From positions 9,428-73,427 of the IMG/VR virus record IMGVR_UViG_3300028580_000062: DNA of 64,000 bases. One strand, 5' to 3'. A program made the position numbers and the translations under genes. The stretch is from a virus. Its lineage: Duplodnaviria; Caudoviricetes. The notes beneath the pieces are model-generated. The model was not told the origin of the DNA and did no database searches. It worked only from the letters and a program-made list of their open reading frames with translations. The number at the start of each line of letters is the position of its first letter. The first letter of the stretch is position 1. Shown here in pieces: positions 36,786 through 45,609 of this stretch.

Positions 36786-37090
36786 AGATGATTGCCTCAA
36801 CACATGAAGTGTAGTGGCTTAGTTGTCGAAAAGACGACCGCCACAACACATGAAGTGTAGCGGCTGAGTTGTCGGAAAGACGACCGCCACAACACATGAA
36901 GTGTAGTGCCTGAGTTGTCGAAAAGATGACTGCCTCAACACATGAAGTGTAGCGGCTGAGTTGTCGAAAAGACGACCGCCACAACATATGAAGTGTAGCG
37001 GCTGAGTTGTCGAAAAGACGATGGCCTCAACACATGAAGTGTAGTGGCTTAGTTGTTGAAAAGATGATCGCCACAACACTTGAAGTGTAG
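36786..37090 (+). repeat. Tandem array of 6 full + 1 partial 46-bp degenerate repeats
   Basis: Units start at 36786, 36832, 36878, 36924, 36970, 37016, 37062; consensus AGAYGAYYGCCWCAACACATGAAGTGTAGYGGCTKAGTTGTCGAAA. Confidence 0.97.
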
Positions 37091-37105
37091 AGCATATGTA
37101 GAAAA

Positions 37106-37170
37106 TGAAATCCGCCGGAAATGTCCGCAAATGTCCGGATTGCATATGTGCTATGTTAAAGTCAGCAAGA
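37106..37170 (+). promoter_or_regulatory. Late-promoter-like region, copy 2
   Basis: Identical 31-mer at 37106-37136, then TGTGCTATGTTAAAGTC, RBS GGAGG and the HNH start. Confidence 0.65.
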
Positions 37171-37183
37171 ACCGGAGGGAAGC

Positions 37184-37549
37184 ATGCCATACAAACCGTA
37201 TGTTCCCTGCAGGCACCCAGGCTGCAGTGCACTGGTACCTCCAGGGCAGAAGTATTGTGAAGCACACAAGCCACTGCACCCAGAGGAAGTACGTGCTGCA
37301 TCCAAGCGTGGATACAACGCACGGTGGGAGAAGGAAAGCAAACGGTTCTTGGTTGAGCATCCACTCTGTGTCAGATGCATGAGAAAGAATCCACCAAGGT
37401 ATGTCAAAGCAACAGTTGTGGATCATATCATTCCTCATCGCGGTGATCCAACCCTGTTCTGGGATGAATCGAACTGGCAACCTCTGTGCAAGAAGTGTCA
37501 TGATCAAAAAACAAGAAATGAAGAAGGAACACCAACGTATCACTATTGA
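37184..37549 (+). CDS. Terminase-associated HNH endonuclease (HK97 gp74-like)
   Basis: CVRC...VVDHIIPHRG...NWQPLCKKCHDQKT. Confidence 0.92.
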   Translation: MPYKPYVPCRHPGCSALVPPGQKYCEAHKPLHPEEVRAASKRGYNARWEKESKRFLVEHPLCVRCMRKNPPRYVKATVVDHIIPHRGDPTLFWDESNWQPLCKKCHDQKTRNEEGTPTYHY

Positions 37550-37640
37550 TGAGGCCGGGGTTAAATCTCTGGATGAAATTAGCCTTTTGACCGTCGCCCC
37601 CTCTCGCGTTAAAAATCGCGAAATTGTGAGGGGTGGGGTC
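37550..37640 (+). other. Candidate cos/packaging-site region
   Basis: GC-rich GACCGTCGCCCCCTC (37589-37603) and CGCG-N8-CGCG just downstream of the packaging HNH, where cos lies in HK97-like phages. Confidence 0.35.
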
Positions 37641-37826
37641 TGGCTGGCCGGCAACAATACCGCAAAATGTACAGCCAGGGCTGAAAAAATGCGGTAACAG
37701 CGTGAGATTTGAAAATTGAATACATTTCATGACGGCAGTGATGGGACAAAATCCATCGCTGTCTTTTTATGTGGGTTCTGTTTTGAGTTTCGTGGACAAC
37801 CGGAAGTTTCGTGGACAGGAGGATAC

Positions 37827-38132
37827 ATGGATCAGGAATATGAATCTCCAGATCTTTCAGAGTTTATCGCCGCCTGTGCGAAAGCGTTCTGTCCGGAGTG
37901 TGGAAAACCAATCGTACAAAACAGCAACGGCCGGCCGAAGAGCTTCTGCTCAAACCGATGCCGCTGGGCATTTCACAAAAGAATGGAACGCCGGAAGGCG
38001 AAGGAGGAACTAAATGAAAACAGCAGAGTTGAAAGTGCTGCCGGTGGCGAGCTTGAAGCCAGCGGAATACAATCCGAGAAAGAAACTGAAACCAGGAGAC
38101 AAGGAATATCAGAAGATCAAAGACTCGATTGA
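37827..38132 (+). CDS. Zinc-ribbon protein
   Basis: CPECGK...FCSNRCR; GGAGG RBS; overlaps the methylase start by 119 nt. Confidence 0.6.
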   Translation: MDQEYESPDLSEFIAACAKAFCPECGKPIVQNSNGRPKSFCSNRCRWAFHKRMERRKAKEELNENSRVESAAGGELEASGIQSEKETETRRQGISEDQRLD

Positions 38133-39279
38133 CGAGTTTGGATTTGCTGATCCACTGGTTGTGAATAAAGATATGACGATCATCGGTGGTCACCAAAGAC
38201 TGACAGTTGCTATGGATCTTGGATATACCGAAGTACCATGCGCCATTGTTGATGTGGATAAGGTCAGAGAAAAAGCTCTGAACATTGCACTCAATAAAAT
38301 CACCGGTGCATGGGATGAGACAATGCTGGCAGATTTGTTGAAAGACATTCAGAACAGTAACTTTGATCTAGGTAAGACAGGATTTGAACCACCAGAGATT
38401 GAGCAGCTTTTTAACAAAGTCCACGATAAGGAAGTCAAAGAAGATAACTTTGATGTGGACCAGGAACTGGCAAAGCCGGTCATGAGTAAACTTGGCGACA
38501 TGTGGTTCCTTGGAAAGCATAAAGTTCTCTGTGGTGATGCAACAGGTGCAGAGAACTATACCGCATTGATGGATGGTGTGAAGGCAAACCTGGTATTAAC
38601 AGATCCACCATATAACGTTGATGTCGAAGAGACTGCCGGCAAGATCATGAATGATAACATGGCAGATCAGGACTTCTATAACTTCTTGTTATCCAGTTAT
38701 CAGTGCATGATTGCTAACCTGGCAGATGATGGATCGATTTATGTATGGCACGCAGATACCGAAGGGTTGAACTTTCGTAAGGCATTCCAGGATGCAGGCT
38801 TCTATCTTTCTGGATGCTGCATCTGGAAGAAGAACTCCCTGGTATTAGGAAGAAGTCCATACCAGTGGATTCATGAACCGTGCTTGTTTGGATGGAAGCA
38901 GAAGGGGACTCACAAGTGGTACAGCGATCGCAAGCAGACAACGGTGTGGGAATATGATAAGCCGCGCTCTAGTAAAGATCATCCAACCATGAAGCCTGTA
39001 GTACTGATGAGCTATCCGATTAAGAATAGCTCCGCAACAAACGGTGTTGTGTTAGATCCATTCCTTGGGTCTGGCAGCACTTTGATTGCATGTCAGGAAA
39101 CAGATCGTGTCTGTCGTGGTATCGAACTTGATCCAAAGTATGTGGATGTGATCGTGAAGAGATTCATTGAACATGAAGGTGGCAGTACAAAAGATGTGTA
39201 TGTAATTCGTGGCGGTCAGAAACTTTCATACGAGGAAGTGGCAATTGAAGATAATTCTTCAGATAATTTGCAGAATTAA
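38014..39279 (+). CDS. ParB-N domain + N4/N6 DNA methyltransferase
   Basis: PAEYNPRK, LTDPPYN, HPTMKP, VLDPFLGSGST. Confidence 0.92.
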   Translation: MKTAELKVLPVASLKPAEYNPRKKLKPGDKEYQKIKDSIDEFGFADPLVVNKDMTIIGGHQRLTVAMDLGYTEVPCAIVDVDKVREKALNIALNKITGAWDETMLADLLKDIQNSNFDLGKTGFEPPEIEQLFNKVHDKEVKEDNFDVDQELAKPVMSKLGDMWFLGKHKVLCGDATGAENYTALMDGVKANLVLTDPPYNVDVEETAGKIMNDNMADQDFYNFLLSSYQCMIANLADDGSIYVWHADTEGLNFRKAFQDAGFYLSGCCIWKKNSLVLGRSPYQWIHEPCLFGWKQKGTHKWYSDRKQTTVWEYDKPRSSKDHPTMKPVVLMSYPIKNSSATNGVVLDPFLGSGSTLIACQETDRVCRGIELDPKYVDVIVKRFIEHEGGSTKDVYVIRGGQKLSYEEVAIEDNSSDNLQN

Positions 39280-39362
39280 CTTTACTTCATTCGCCTTCAG
39301 AGTGATGTATGTACATGCCAAAAGAAACATGGTACATCGCAAAATGCGAAAGGAGAAAACAC

Positions 39363-39962
39363 ATGCCAAAGGCAAAAAAGAAATCCGAAGAATTAAGATT
39401 AAGCATTGAGCTTCCAATGAAAGGTCACACCGGGACTTCCTTGCGGAATCTTGTGAACCTGATGTATGCACGGGCAGACTTGCTTACCAAATCAACTGGT
39501 GGCAAGTTTGCGATCAACCGTTACTTAGTATCGGAACTTCAGAAGGACGCGAACACAAGCTCGACGATTAAATTTAGGAATCGTATCCAGGAGTTCTTAT
39601 CCAAAGAGAGTGATGGCATTGTTGGGCTTGAATTTACTGAAACAAAGGTCTGCTTCACTGGCTTCCCACAGACATCAAATCCAGATGAGATCAAAGCATT
39701 TACTCAACTGGCCTCGATGATGAATCAATCCGCACTGAACCAGAAAAGAATTCTTGCAAAGGAAGTCAATGAGGAAAACGAGAAGTATGCATTCCGCATC
39801 TGGCTGATCCGGCTTGGAATGAATGGTGACCAGTACAAGACATCCAGAAAAGTTCTTCTAAAGAATCTGAGTGGACATGCTGCATTCCGCACACCAGATC
39901 AGCTTGAAGCAGCTAAGGCAAAGCATAAGGAAGAAGGGAAACAAGATGAGACTTCCAAGTGA
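39363..39962 (+). CDS. Conserved phage protein (often annotated virulence-related)
   Basis: ENEKYAFRIWLIRLGMNGDQYKTSRKVLLKNLSG. Confidence 0.75.
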   Translation: MPKAKKKSEELRLSIELPMKGHTGTSLRNLVNLMYARADLLTKSTGGKFAINRYLVSELQKDANTSSTIKFRNRIQEFLSKESDGIVGLEFTETKVCFTGFPQTSNPDEIKAFTQLASMMNQSALNQKRILAKEVNEENEKYAFRIWLIRLGMNGDQYKTSRKVLLKNLSGHAAFRTPDQLEAAKAKHKEEGKQDETSK

Positions 39963-40164
39963 GGCACAGATTGAAAGTCTGCGAAAACAGTATCCTGCCG
40001 GCAGCCGAGTGAAGTTAGTTGCCATGGATGATCCACAAGCACCAGCAGTTGGAACCGAAGGAACAGTGATCGGCGTTGATGATGTTGGCTCGATCATGGT
40101 TGCATGGGACACCGGCAGCACGCTGAGTGTTGCACTAGGTGTTGATATATGTGCACGAGTCTAG
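39946..40164 (+). CDS. DUF4314 protein
   Basis: YPAGSRVKLVAMDD...GTEGTV..VDDVGSIMVAWDTGS. Confidence 0.85.
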   Translation: MRLPSEAQIESLRKQYPAGSRVKLVAMDDPQAPAVGTEGTVIGVDDVGSIMVAWDTGSTLSVALGVDICARV

Positions 40165-40240
40165 ACACACTGCGGTATGTGTATCATCCAATTCTCCTTG
40201 ATAAGAGCGAATATGAAGATGCCAAAGGAATGGCAAGGAG
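40162..40240 (+). promoter_or_regulatory. Duplicated regulatory leader, copy 1 (copy 2 at 40466-40545)
   Basis: TAGACACA-N8-TGTGTATCATCCAAT...CTTGA...AATATGAA.ATGCCAA.GGAA.GGCAAGGAG in both copies. Confidence 0.7.
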
Positions 40241-40248
40241 AAAATACT

Positions 40249-40455
40249 ATGGACTGCATTAAGGTAAACAACGAATTCATTATCAGATGTGAAGAGCAAC
40301 TTGGCTTCCGTTACACTGCTTCACTGGATGAAACCAACAAGGCAAACAAGATCGCATTCGAAGGTTTCACAGAAGCATTGCGGAGCTTGGGCTTTGAGTG
40401 GATGATTGACCGCAAGACTGGTGAAGCAAGGATCTGGCATACGAACGAATATTAA
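40249..40455 (+). CDS. Small hypothetical protein
   Basis: AAGGAG RBS in leader copy 1. Confidence 0.65.
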   Translation: MDCIKVNNEFIIRCEEQLGFRYTASLDETNKANKIAFEGFTEALRSLGFEWMIDRKTGEARIWHTNEY

Positions 40456-40552
40456 TTCGATAGTGTAGACACACTTCAAACTGTGTATCATCCAATACCG
40501 CTTGACCTATGGCAATATGAACATGCCAAGGGAAGGCAAGGAGGAAACAACA

Positions 40553-40783
40553 ATGTGGAACAAGGGAACAGTAAAGGTTAACGGAAACAGCTACACTTAC
40601 ACAGCTAAGGTATTCGATGAAGATTCAGACTTCGGAATCGACTGCGGTAGGGTTTCAATCCTATCCATTAGAAACACAGAGGAGAAGGAAGTCGTTAGTT
40701 ACTACCGCGGCTGGGACATCATGCCAAGGGGTGAAGAAATTACAAAGGCTTATGACGAAGTTATGAGCATCATCACAAAGTAA
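40553..40783 (+). CDS. Small conserved phage protein
   Basis: MWNKG...KVFDEDSDFGIDCGRVSILSI; AAGGAGG RBS in leader copy 2. Confidence 0.75.
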   Translation: MWNKGTVKVNGNSYTYTAKVFDEDSDFGIDCGRVSILSIRNTEEKEVVSYYRGWDIMPRGEEITKAYDEVMSIITK

Positions 40784-40795
40784 GAGGACGCCAAA

Positions 40796-41149
40796 ATGAA
40801 ATACACAATCAAGGAAATAGAGAATGCAAAGCAGGGAATGAACTGGAAAGACATCGGTGTGCAATACACACTTGGCCAGGCTTACCTTTGGAGCAGAGAT
40901 GCAGGAAACGAACTGCCAAACTTCGCTGAGGTCATTTGGGATTATGACATTGAAGAAATTATCGACAATTGCCGCAGACTTGGTGTAAAGGAATTTACCA
41001 TCAGCTCAACATTCTCCAGCCTAATTCAAACGATCGCAAAGTTCGAGGAACTTGGATGCACGCTTGACGGGATCGTCAAGATCAAAGACCGCTACCATTT
41101 TGGAAGCAATCAGGAATTGATTCCTGCCTTCAAGATGACAGTAAGATAA
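40796..41149 (+). CDS. Conserved phage protein
   Basis: GVKEFTISSTFSSL; GAGG RBS. Confidence 0.75.
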   Translation: MKYTIKEIENAKQGMNWKDIGVQYTLGQAYLWSRDAGNELPNFAEVIWDYDIEEIIDNCRRLGVKEFTISSTFSSLIQTIAKFEELGCTLDGIVKIKDRYHFGSNQELIPAFKMTVR

Positions 41150-41269
41150 GCTCCACATTAAATTTGAAAATTCCGAGATAAGAGCTGAGGCTCTTTCTCT
41201 CGTATAGATAGATTACAAGGTCAGCCGATAAAGCTGACTTTTTGTTTTGGAAGAAGGGAGGGAGGCCAT

Positions 41270-41743
41270 GTGGCAACCAGAGGAAGAAAGCCAACACCAA
41301 CTGCAATCAAAATGCTGGAAGGCAATCCTGGGAAGCGGCCCATGAATGAATCCGAGCCAAAGCCACTGAAGAAAGCACCTAGTTGTCCGAAATGGCTAGA
41401 GCCTGAAGCGAAAAGAGAGTGGCGCCGGCTGGCAAAACAAATGGAATCAATCGGTATTCTAACCGATGTGGATATGGCCGCCTTTGCCGGATACTGCCAA
41501 GCCTATGCACGGTGGAAAGAGGCAGAAGAGTTTATTACTCAGCACGGAACGATTGTCCGGACTCCCTCTGGATACTGGCAACAGGTGCCGCAGGTATCGA
41601 TTGCCCAGACCTATCTAAAAGTGATGAGTAAGTTTGCGGAACAGTTCGGTCTTACGCCAGCGGCCCGCAGCAGAATTGTTGCGGATAACAGCGTGAATAA
41701 TCCTTCCGATGAGATGGAACAGCTCCTCGGAGGCGATGACTGA
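41270..41743 (+). CDS. terS: Terminase small subunit, P27 family
   Basis: RGRKPTPT..K.LEGNPGKR; FGLTPAARSR. Confidence 0.95.
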   Translation: MATRGRKPTPTAIKMLEGNPGKRPMNESEPKPLKKAPSCPKWLEPEAKREWRRLAKQMESIGILTDVDMAAFAGYCQAYARWKEAEEFITQHGTIVRTPSGYWQQVPQVSIAQTYLKVMSKFAEQFGLTPAARSRIVADNSVNNPSDEMEQLLGGDD

Positions 41744-43359
41744 TGGAGCAAAGACCAAAGAACTATCCAAAATTAAAGAACTACCACCCAACTCGATTCA
41801 TGCTGCCGACAAGTCACTATGATCCATCGAAAGCAGATCGTGCGGTGAAATTTATAGAGAACCTGAAACACACCAAAGGGAAGTGGGCTGGGAAACGATT
41901 CTGGTTACTTCCATGGCAGGAACAGTGTATCCGTGATGTCTTTGGCATCGTGGATGCAAACAAGCATCGTCAGTTTCGAACTGCATACATCGAGATTGGA
42001 AAGAAGAATGGCAAGTCAGAACTGGCTGCTGCTGTCGCCCTGTACCTTCTGTATGCAGATAACGAACCATCCGCTGAAGTGTATGGTGCTGCCGCTGATC
42101 GCCAACAGGCATCCATTGTATTTGATGTGGCACACCAGATGGTTAAGATGACGCCGGCATTGCTGAAGCGGTCAAAGATCATGGCGGCAACCAAGCGGAT
42201 CGTGAACTATACCAATACCGGGTTCTATCAGGTCCTGTCTGCGGAAGTTGGTACCAAGCACGGCTTGAATGTCTCAGGTCTAGTTCTCGATGAAGTACAC
42301 GCACAGCCGAATCGGAAACTCTATGATGTATTAACGCAGGGTTCTGGTGATGCAAGAGAGCAGCCACTGTACTTTTTAATCACGACAGCCGGCACGGATA
42401 AAGAATCCATCTGTTATGAGTTACATTCCAAGGCACTGGATATCTTGGCTGATCGCAAGGTGGATCATACGTTTTATCCAGTTGTCTATGGATTGACCGA
42501 TGAGGATGATTGGCATGATGAAAAGAACTGGTATAAAGCGAACCCTTCCCTGGGACAGACGATACAGATCGATCGAGTTAGGGATATGTATCACGAGGCA
42601 TTGGATAATCCAGCCGAAGAAAATGTGTTCAAACAGTTACGTCTTAATATGTGGGTTTCAAGTATAACGAGATTCATACCTGAGCAGATCTACGACAAAG
42701 GAAATCTGCCAATTGATATGGCATCCCTGGAAGGCCGAGATTGTTATGGCGGCTTAGATCTATCGAGTACAGGAGACATCACAGCACTTGTTTTGATGTT
42801 CCCACCGCGTAATGAGAGTGAGAAGTATGTCATGCTTCCATTCTTCTGGGTCCCAAAGGACACGATTCCTTTGCGGGTTCGTCGTGGTTCGGTTCCATAT
42901 GATGTCTGGCATCAACAAGGTTTTCTGCAGGCAACGGAAGGAAATGTGATTGATTACAACTTCATCGAAACATTTATCCAAAAGCTGTATGAAAAATATC
43001 ACATTCTAGAGATCGCCGTTGACCGTTGGAATGCTACACAGCTGATTCAGAACCTTACGGATGATGGTTTTACGATGGTGCCTTTTGGCCAGGGTTTTAA
43101 GGATATGAGTCCTCCAACCAAGGAGTTCTATAAACTTTTGATGCAAGGACAGATCATTCACGGTGGCAATCCTGTCATGCGATGGATGAGTGGAAATGTC
43201 GTAGTAGATCGGGATGCCGCAGAAAACATCAAACCAACGAAGGCGAAGTCGCCGGAAAAGATTGATGGAATCGTGGCTGCAATCATGGCACTCGATCGTT
43301 GTATTCGTCATGAGAATCAAAGCAGCGTCTATGATGACCGCGGCTTATTGATATTTTAA
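41743..43359 (+). CDS. terL: Terminase large subunit
   Basis: IGKKNGKS Walker A, VLDEVH, GGLDLSS, KIDGIVA. Confidence 0.97.
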   Translation: MEQRPKNYPKLKNYHPTRFMLPTSHYDPSKADRAVKFIENLKHTKGKWAGKRFWLLPWQEQCIRDVFGIVDANKHRQFRTAYIEIGKKNGKSELAAAVALYLLYADNEPSAEVYGAAADRQQASIVFDVAHQMVKMTPALLKRSKIMAATKRIVNYTNTGFYQVLSAEVGTKHGLNVSGLVLDEVHAQPNRKLYDVLTQGSGDAREQPLYFLITTAGTDKESICYELHSKALDILADRKVDHTFYPVVYGLTDEDDWHDEKNWYKANPSLGQTIQIDRVRDMYHEALDNPAEENVFKQLRLNMWVSSITRFIPEQIYDKGNLPIDMASLEGRDCYGGLDLSSTGDITALVLMFPPRNESEKYVMLPFFWVPKDTIPLRVRRGSVPYDVWHQQGFLQATEGNVIDYNFIETFIQKLYEKYHILEIAVDRWNATQLIQNLTDDGFTMVPFGQGFKDMSPPTKEFYKLLMQGQIIHGGNPVMRWMSGNVVVDRDAAENIKPTKAKSPEKIDGIVAAIMALDRCIRHENQSSVYDDRGLLIF

Positions 43360-43373
43360 GAAAGGAGTCATGC

Positions 43374-44732
43374 ATGGGAATAAAAAGATTACTTGGTTTA
43401 TCCAGTGCAAGAGATACACTGCAGGAAATTGTACCTGAGGTCACAGACAATGTACGTGATTCAGGACAGACATTCCTGTTTGGTAGAGCGGACAGTGGCG
43501 AACGAGTGGATGAGAAATCAGCGATGCAGATTGCAGCAGTTTATGCATGTGTCCGACTGCTTTCTGAAACAGTCGCAAGTTTGCCTTTGCGAATGTATAA
43601 GTTCACGGATGAATCGGAGAATGGAAAAGAGCGTGCAAGGGATCATCCTTTGTATAAAATTCTATACCGCCAACCAAATCCTGAGATGACAAGTTTTTCC
43701 TTCTGGGAATTGTGTCTCACCCATTTATTACTGTGGGGCAACTTTTATGCACAGATCATTCGTGACGGGAAGAATAACATTCTCGCACTCTATCCGTTGT
43801 ATCCAGAAAACGTGGAAGTGGATCGAGATGAACATGGAGATATTTATTATATCTATCATGCCTATACCGATGAGGTGCCAGGTGATAAGAACAAGGATCT
43901 GTATTTCAGAAGAGACGAGATCTTCCATGTACCAGGACTTGGATTTAATGGCTTAGTTGGTTTCTCACCAATTGCCATGATGAAGAATGCTCTAGGTACA
44001 ACACTTGCAGTTGAAAAGTATGGATCATCCTTCTTCCGTAATGGAGCACAGCCAAGTGGTGTCTTGGAACATCCAGGTGTGTTGAAGAATCCAGAAAAGA
44101 TTAGAGAGAACTGGTCTGATGTATATGGCGGTGCAAGTAATGCACATAAGGTAGCCGTGCTTGAAGAAGGCATGACCTATAAACCAATATCCCTGCCTCC
44201 GGAGGACTCGCAGTTCCTTTCCGTGAGGCAGTTTTCAGTTGAGGAGATTTGCAGAGTGTTCCGGGTTCCACCACATATGGTGCAGGATTTGGATCATGCG
44301 ACCTTCTCCAACATTGAGCATCAGTCCATCGACTTTGTGGTTCATACGCTGACACCTTGGCTTGTCCGCATTGAGCAGGCGATTGTGAAGGATCTTTTAC
44401 TGGAATCGGAGCAGGACACCTACTTTCCGAAATTCAACGTGGACGGCCTTTTACGGGGCGATTATCAAAGCCGGATGAGTGGGTATGCAACAGGAATCAG
44501 TAATGGCTTCCTTTCACCGAATGATGTCCATCGTTTAGAAAACATGGATCTGATTCCAGCAGAAAAGGGTGGCGATGATTACTACCTCAATGGTGGTTAT
44601 GTCCGTTTGGAGGATGCCGGCAAGTCTGGTGCTGCCAGCACTGGTCAGGCAAGTGCCAATGACACCGATAGCACGGGTGACAATGTCACACAGAACAAGA
44701 AGAAAGGGACGAAGTCCCCGAGGAGGAAATGA
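43374..44732 (+). CDS. Portal protein, HK97 family
   Basis: VYACV..LSETVASLP, GFSPI, FRVPPH, NIEHQ. Confidence 0.95.
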   Translation: MGIKRLLGLSSARDTLQEIVPEVTDNVRDSGQTFLFGRADSGERVDEKSAMQIAAVYACVRLLSETVASLPLRMYKFTDESENGKERARDHPLYKILYRQPNPEMTSFSFWELCLTHLLLWGNFYAQIIRDGKNNILALYPLYPENVEVDRDEHGDIYYIYHAYTDEVPGDKNKDLYFRRDEIFHVPGLGFNGLVGFSPIAMMKNALGTTLAVEKYGSSFFRNGAQPSGVLEHPGVLKNPEKIRENWSDVYGGASNAHKVAVLEEGMTYKPISLPPEDSQFLSVRQFSVEEICRVFRVPPHMVQDLDHATFSNIEHQSIDFVVHTLTPWLVRIEQAIVKDLLLESEQDTYFPKFNVDGLLRGDYQSRMSGYATGISNGFLSPNDVHRLENMDLIPAEKGGDDYYLNGGYVRLEDAGKSGAASTGQASANDTDSTGDNVTQNKKKGTKSPRRK

Positions 44733-45562
44733 TGAAGAAGTTTTGGAATTGGATTCACGATGATAGCGGAGGTCGTGTATTACGACTAGAAGGACCAATC
44801 GATGAAGATTCAATCTGGGGTGATGAAGTAACCCCACAGGCATTCCGCGAAGAGCTGAATTCGGAAGAAGGAGATGTGACAGTCTGGATCAATAGTCCGG
44901 GTGGTAATGTCTTTGCGGCAGCTGAGATCTATACGATGCTGCAGGATTATCCAGGTGCGGTGACTGTCAAAATTGCTTCGATTGCAGCATCAGCTGCTTC
45001 GGTTGTTGCCATGGCAGGTTCCAAGGTGTTGATGTCTCCAACGGCACTGCTAATGATCCATGATCCAGCGACCATTGCAATGGGCAATGCCAAGGATATG
45101 GAGAAGGCAATCGACACACTGAATGAAATAAAGGAAAGTATTATCAATGCCTATACCGCTAAGTGTGGCCTTTCGAGAAAAAAGGTCGCTGATCTGATGA
45201 GCAACGAAACTTGGATGAATGCAAAGAAAGCAGTGGAGTTGGGATTTGCTGATGAAATCTTGTACGAGGATAAAAAAGCCCCGGAAGAAGATTCAGAGGA
45301 AGATCCTGAAGATCCAGAAGAACCCGAGGAAGATCCAGAAGAAGATCCACAGAAGAAAAAGATCATTATTCCTGGTGCGGAAGCACATATGTATTCCAGC
45401 CGGAAGATGGATCTGGCAATTCTGAATCGGCTTGTCACTGAGGCATCTGGTGATGACGTAAAGCCAAAACCAGAAGAACCAAAGATCGGTATGAATGGTA
45501 CTACCGCAGATGGCAGTATGCCATATGAGATTTTGAAACGACAGCTAGATTTCCTGAAATAA
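44729..45562 (+). CDS. ClpP-like head maturation protease
   Basis: INSPGG, AASAAS, LMIHDP, ETWM; acidic EEDP low-complexity linker. Confidence 0.95.
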   Translation: MMKKFWNWIHDDSGGRVLRLEGPIDEDSIWGDEVTPQAFREELNSEEGDVTVWINSPGGNVFAAAEIYTMLQDYPGAVTVKIASIAASAASVVAMAGSKVLMSPTALLMIHDPATIAMGNAKDMEKAIDTLNEIKESIINAYTAKCGLSRKKVADLMSNETWMNAKKAVELGFADEILYEDKKAPEEDSEEDPEDPEEPEEDPEEDPQKKKIIIPGAEAHMYSSRKMDLAILNRLVTEASGDDVKPKPEEPKIGMNGTTADGSMPYEILKRQLDFLK

Positions 45563-45609
45563 GGAACTAGCTGTTTTTTGTTACTCAACTTTTGAAGGAG
45601 GAAAAAACA

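Noticed and set aside
36786-37090. 46-bp array as a CRISPR array
   Set aside because: Units are contiguous with no unique spacers and there are no cas genes in the window
36786-37090. Array as a TIGR-type guide array (ATGA and CTGA resemble box C/D motifs)
   Set aside because: No variable spacer segments and no Nop-domain protein; the adjacent HNH is the ordinary packaging nuclease
36788-37090. Mini-peptides as arbitrium/Phr-type signals
   Set aside because: No signal peptide or pro-peptide, and no AimR/RRNPP TPR receptor in the window
36778-37657. Minus-strand ORFs 36778..36987, 36819..37364 and 37151..37657
   Set aside because: Their periodic peptides are artefacts of the 46-bp repeat, or they are antisense shadows of the HNH gene
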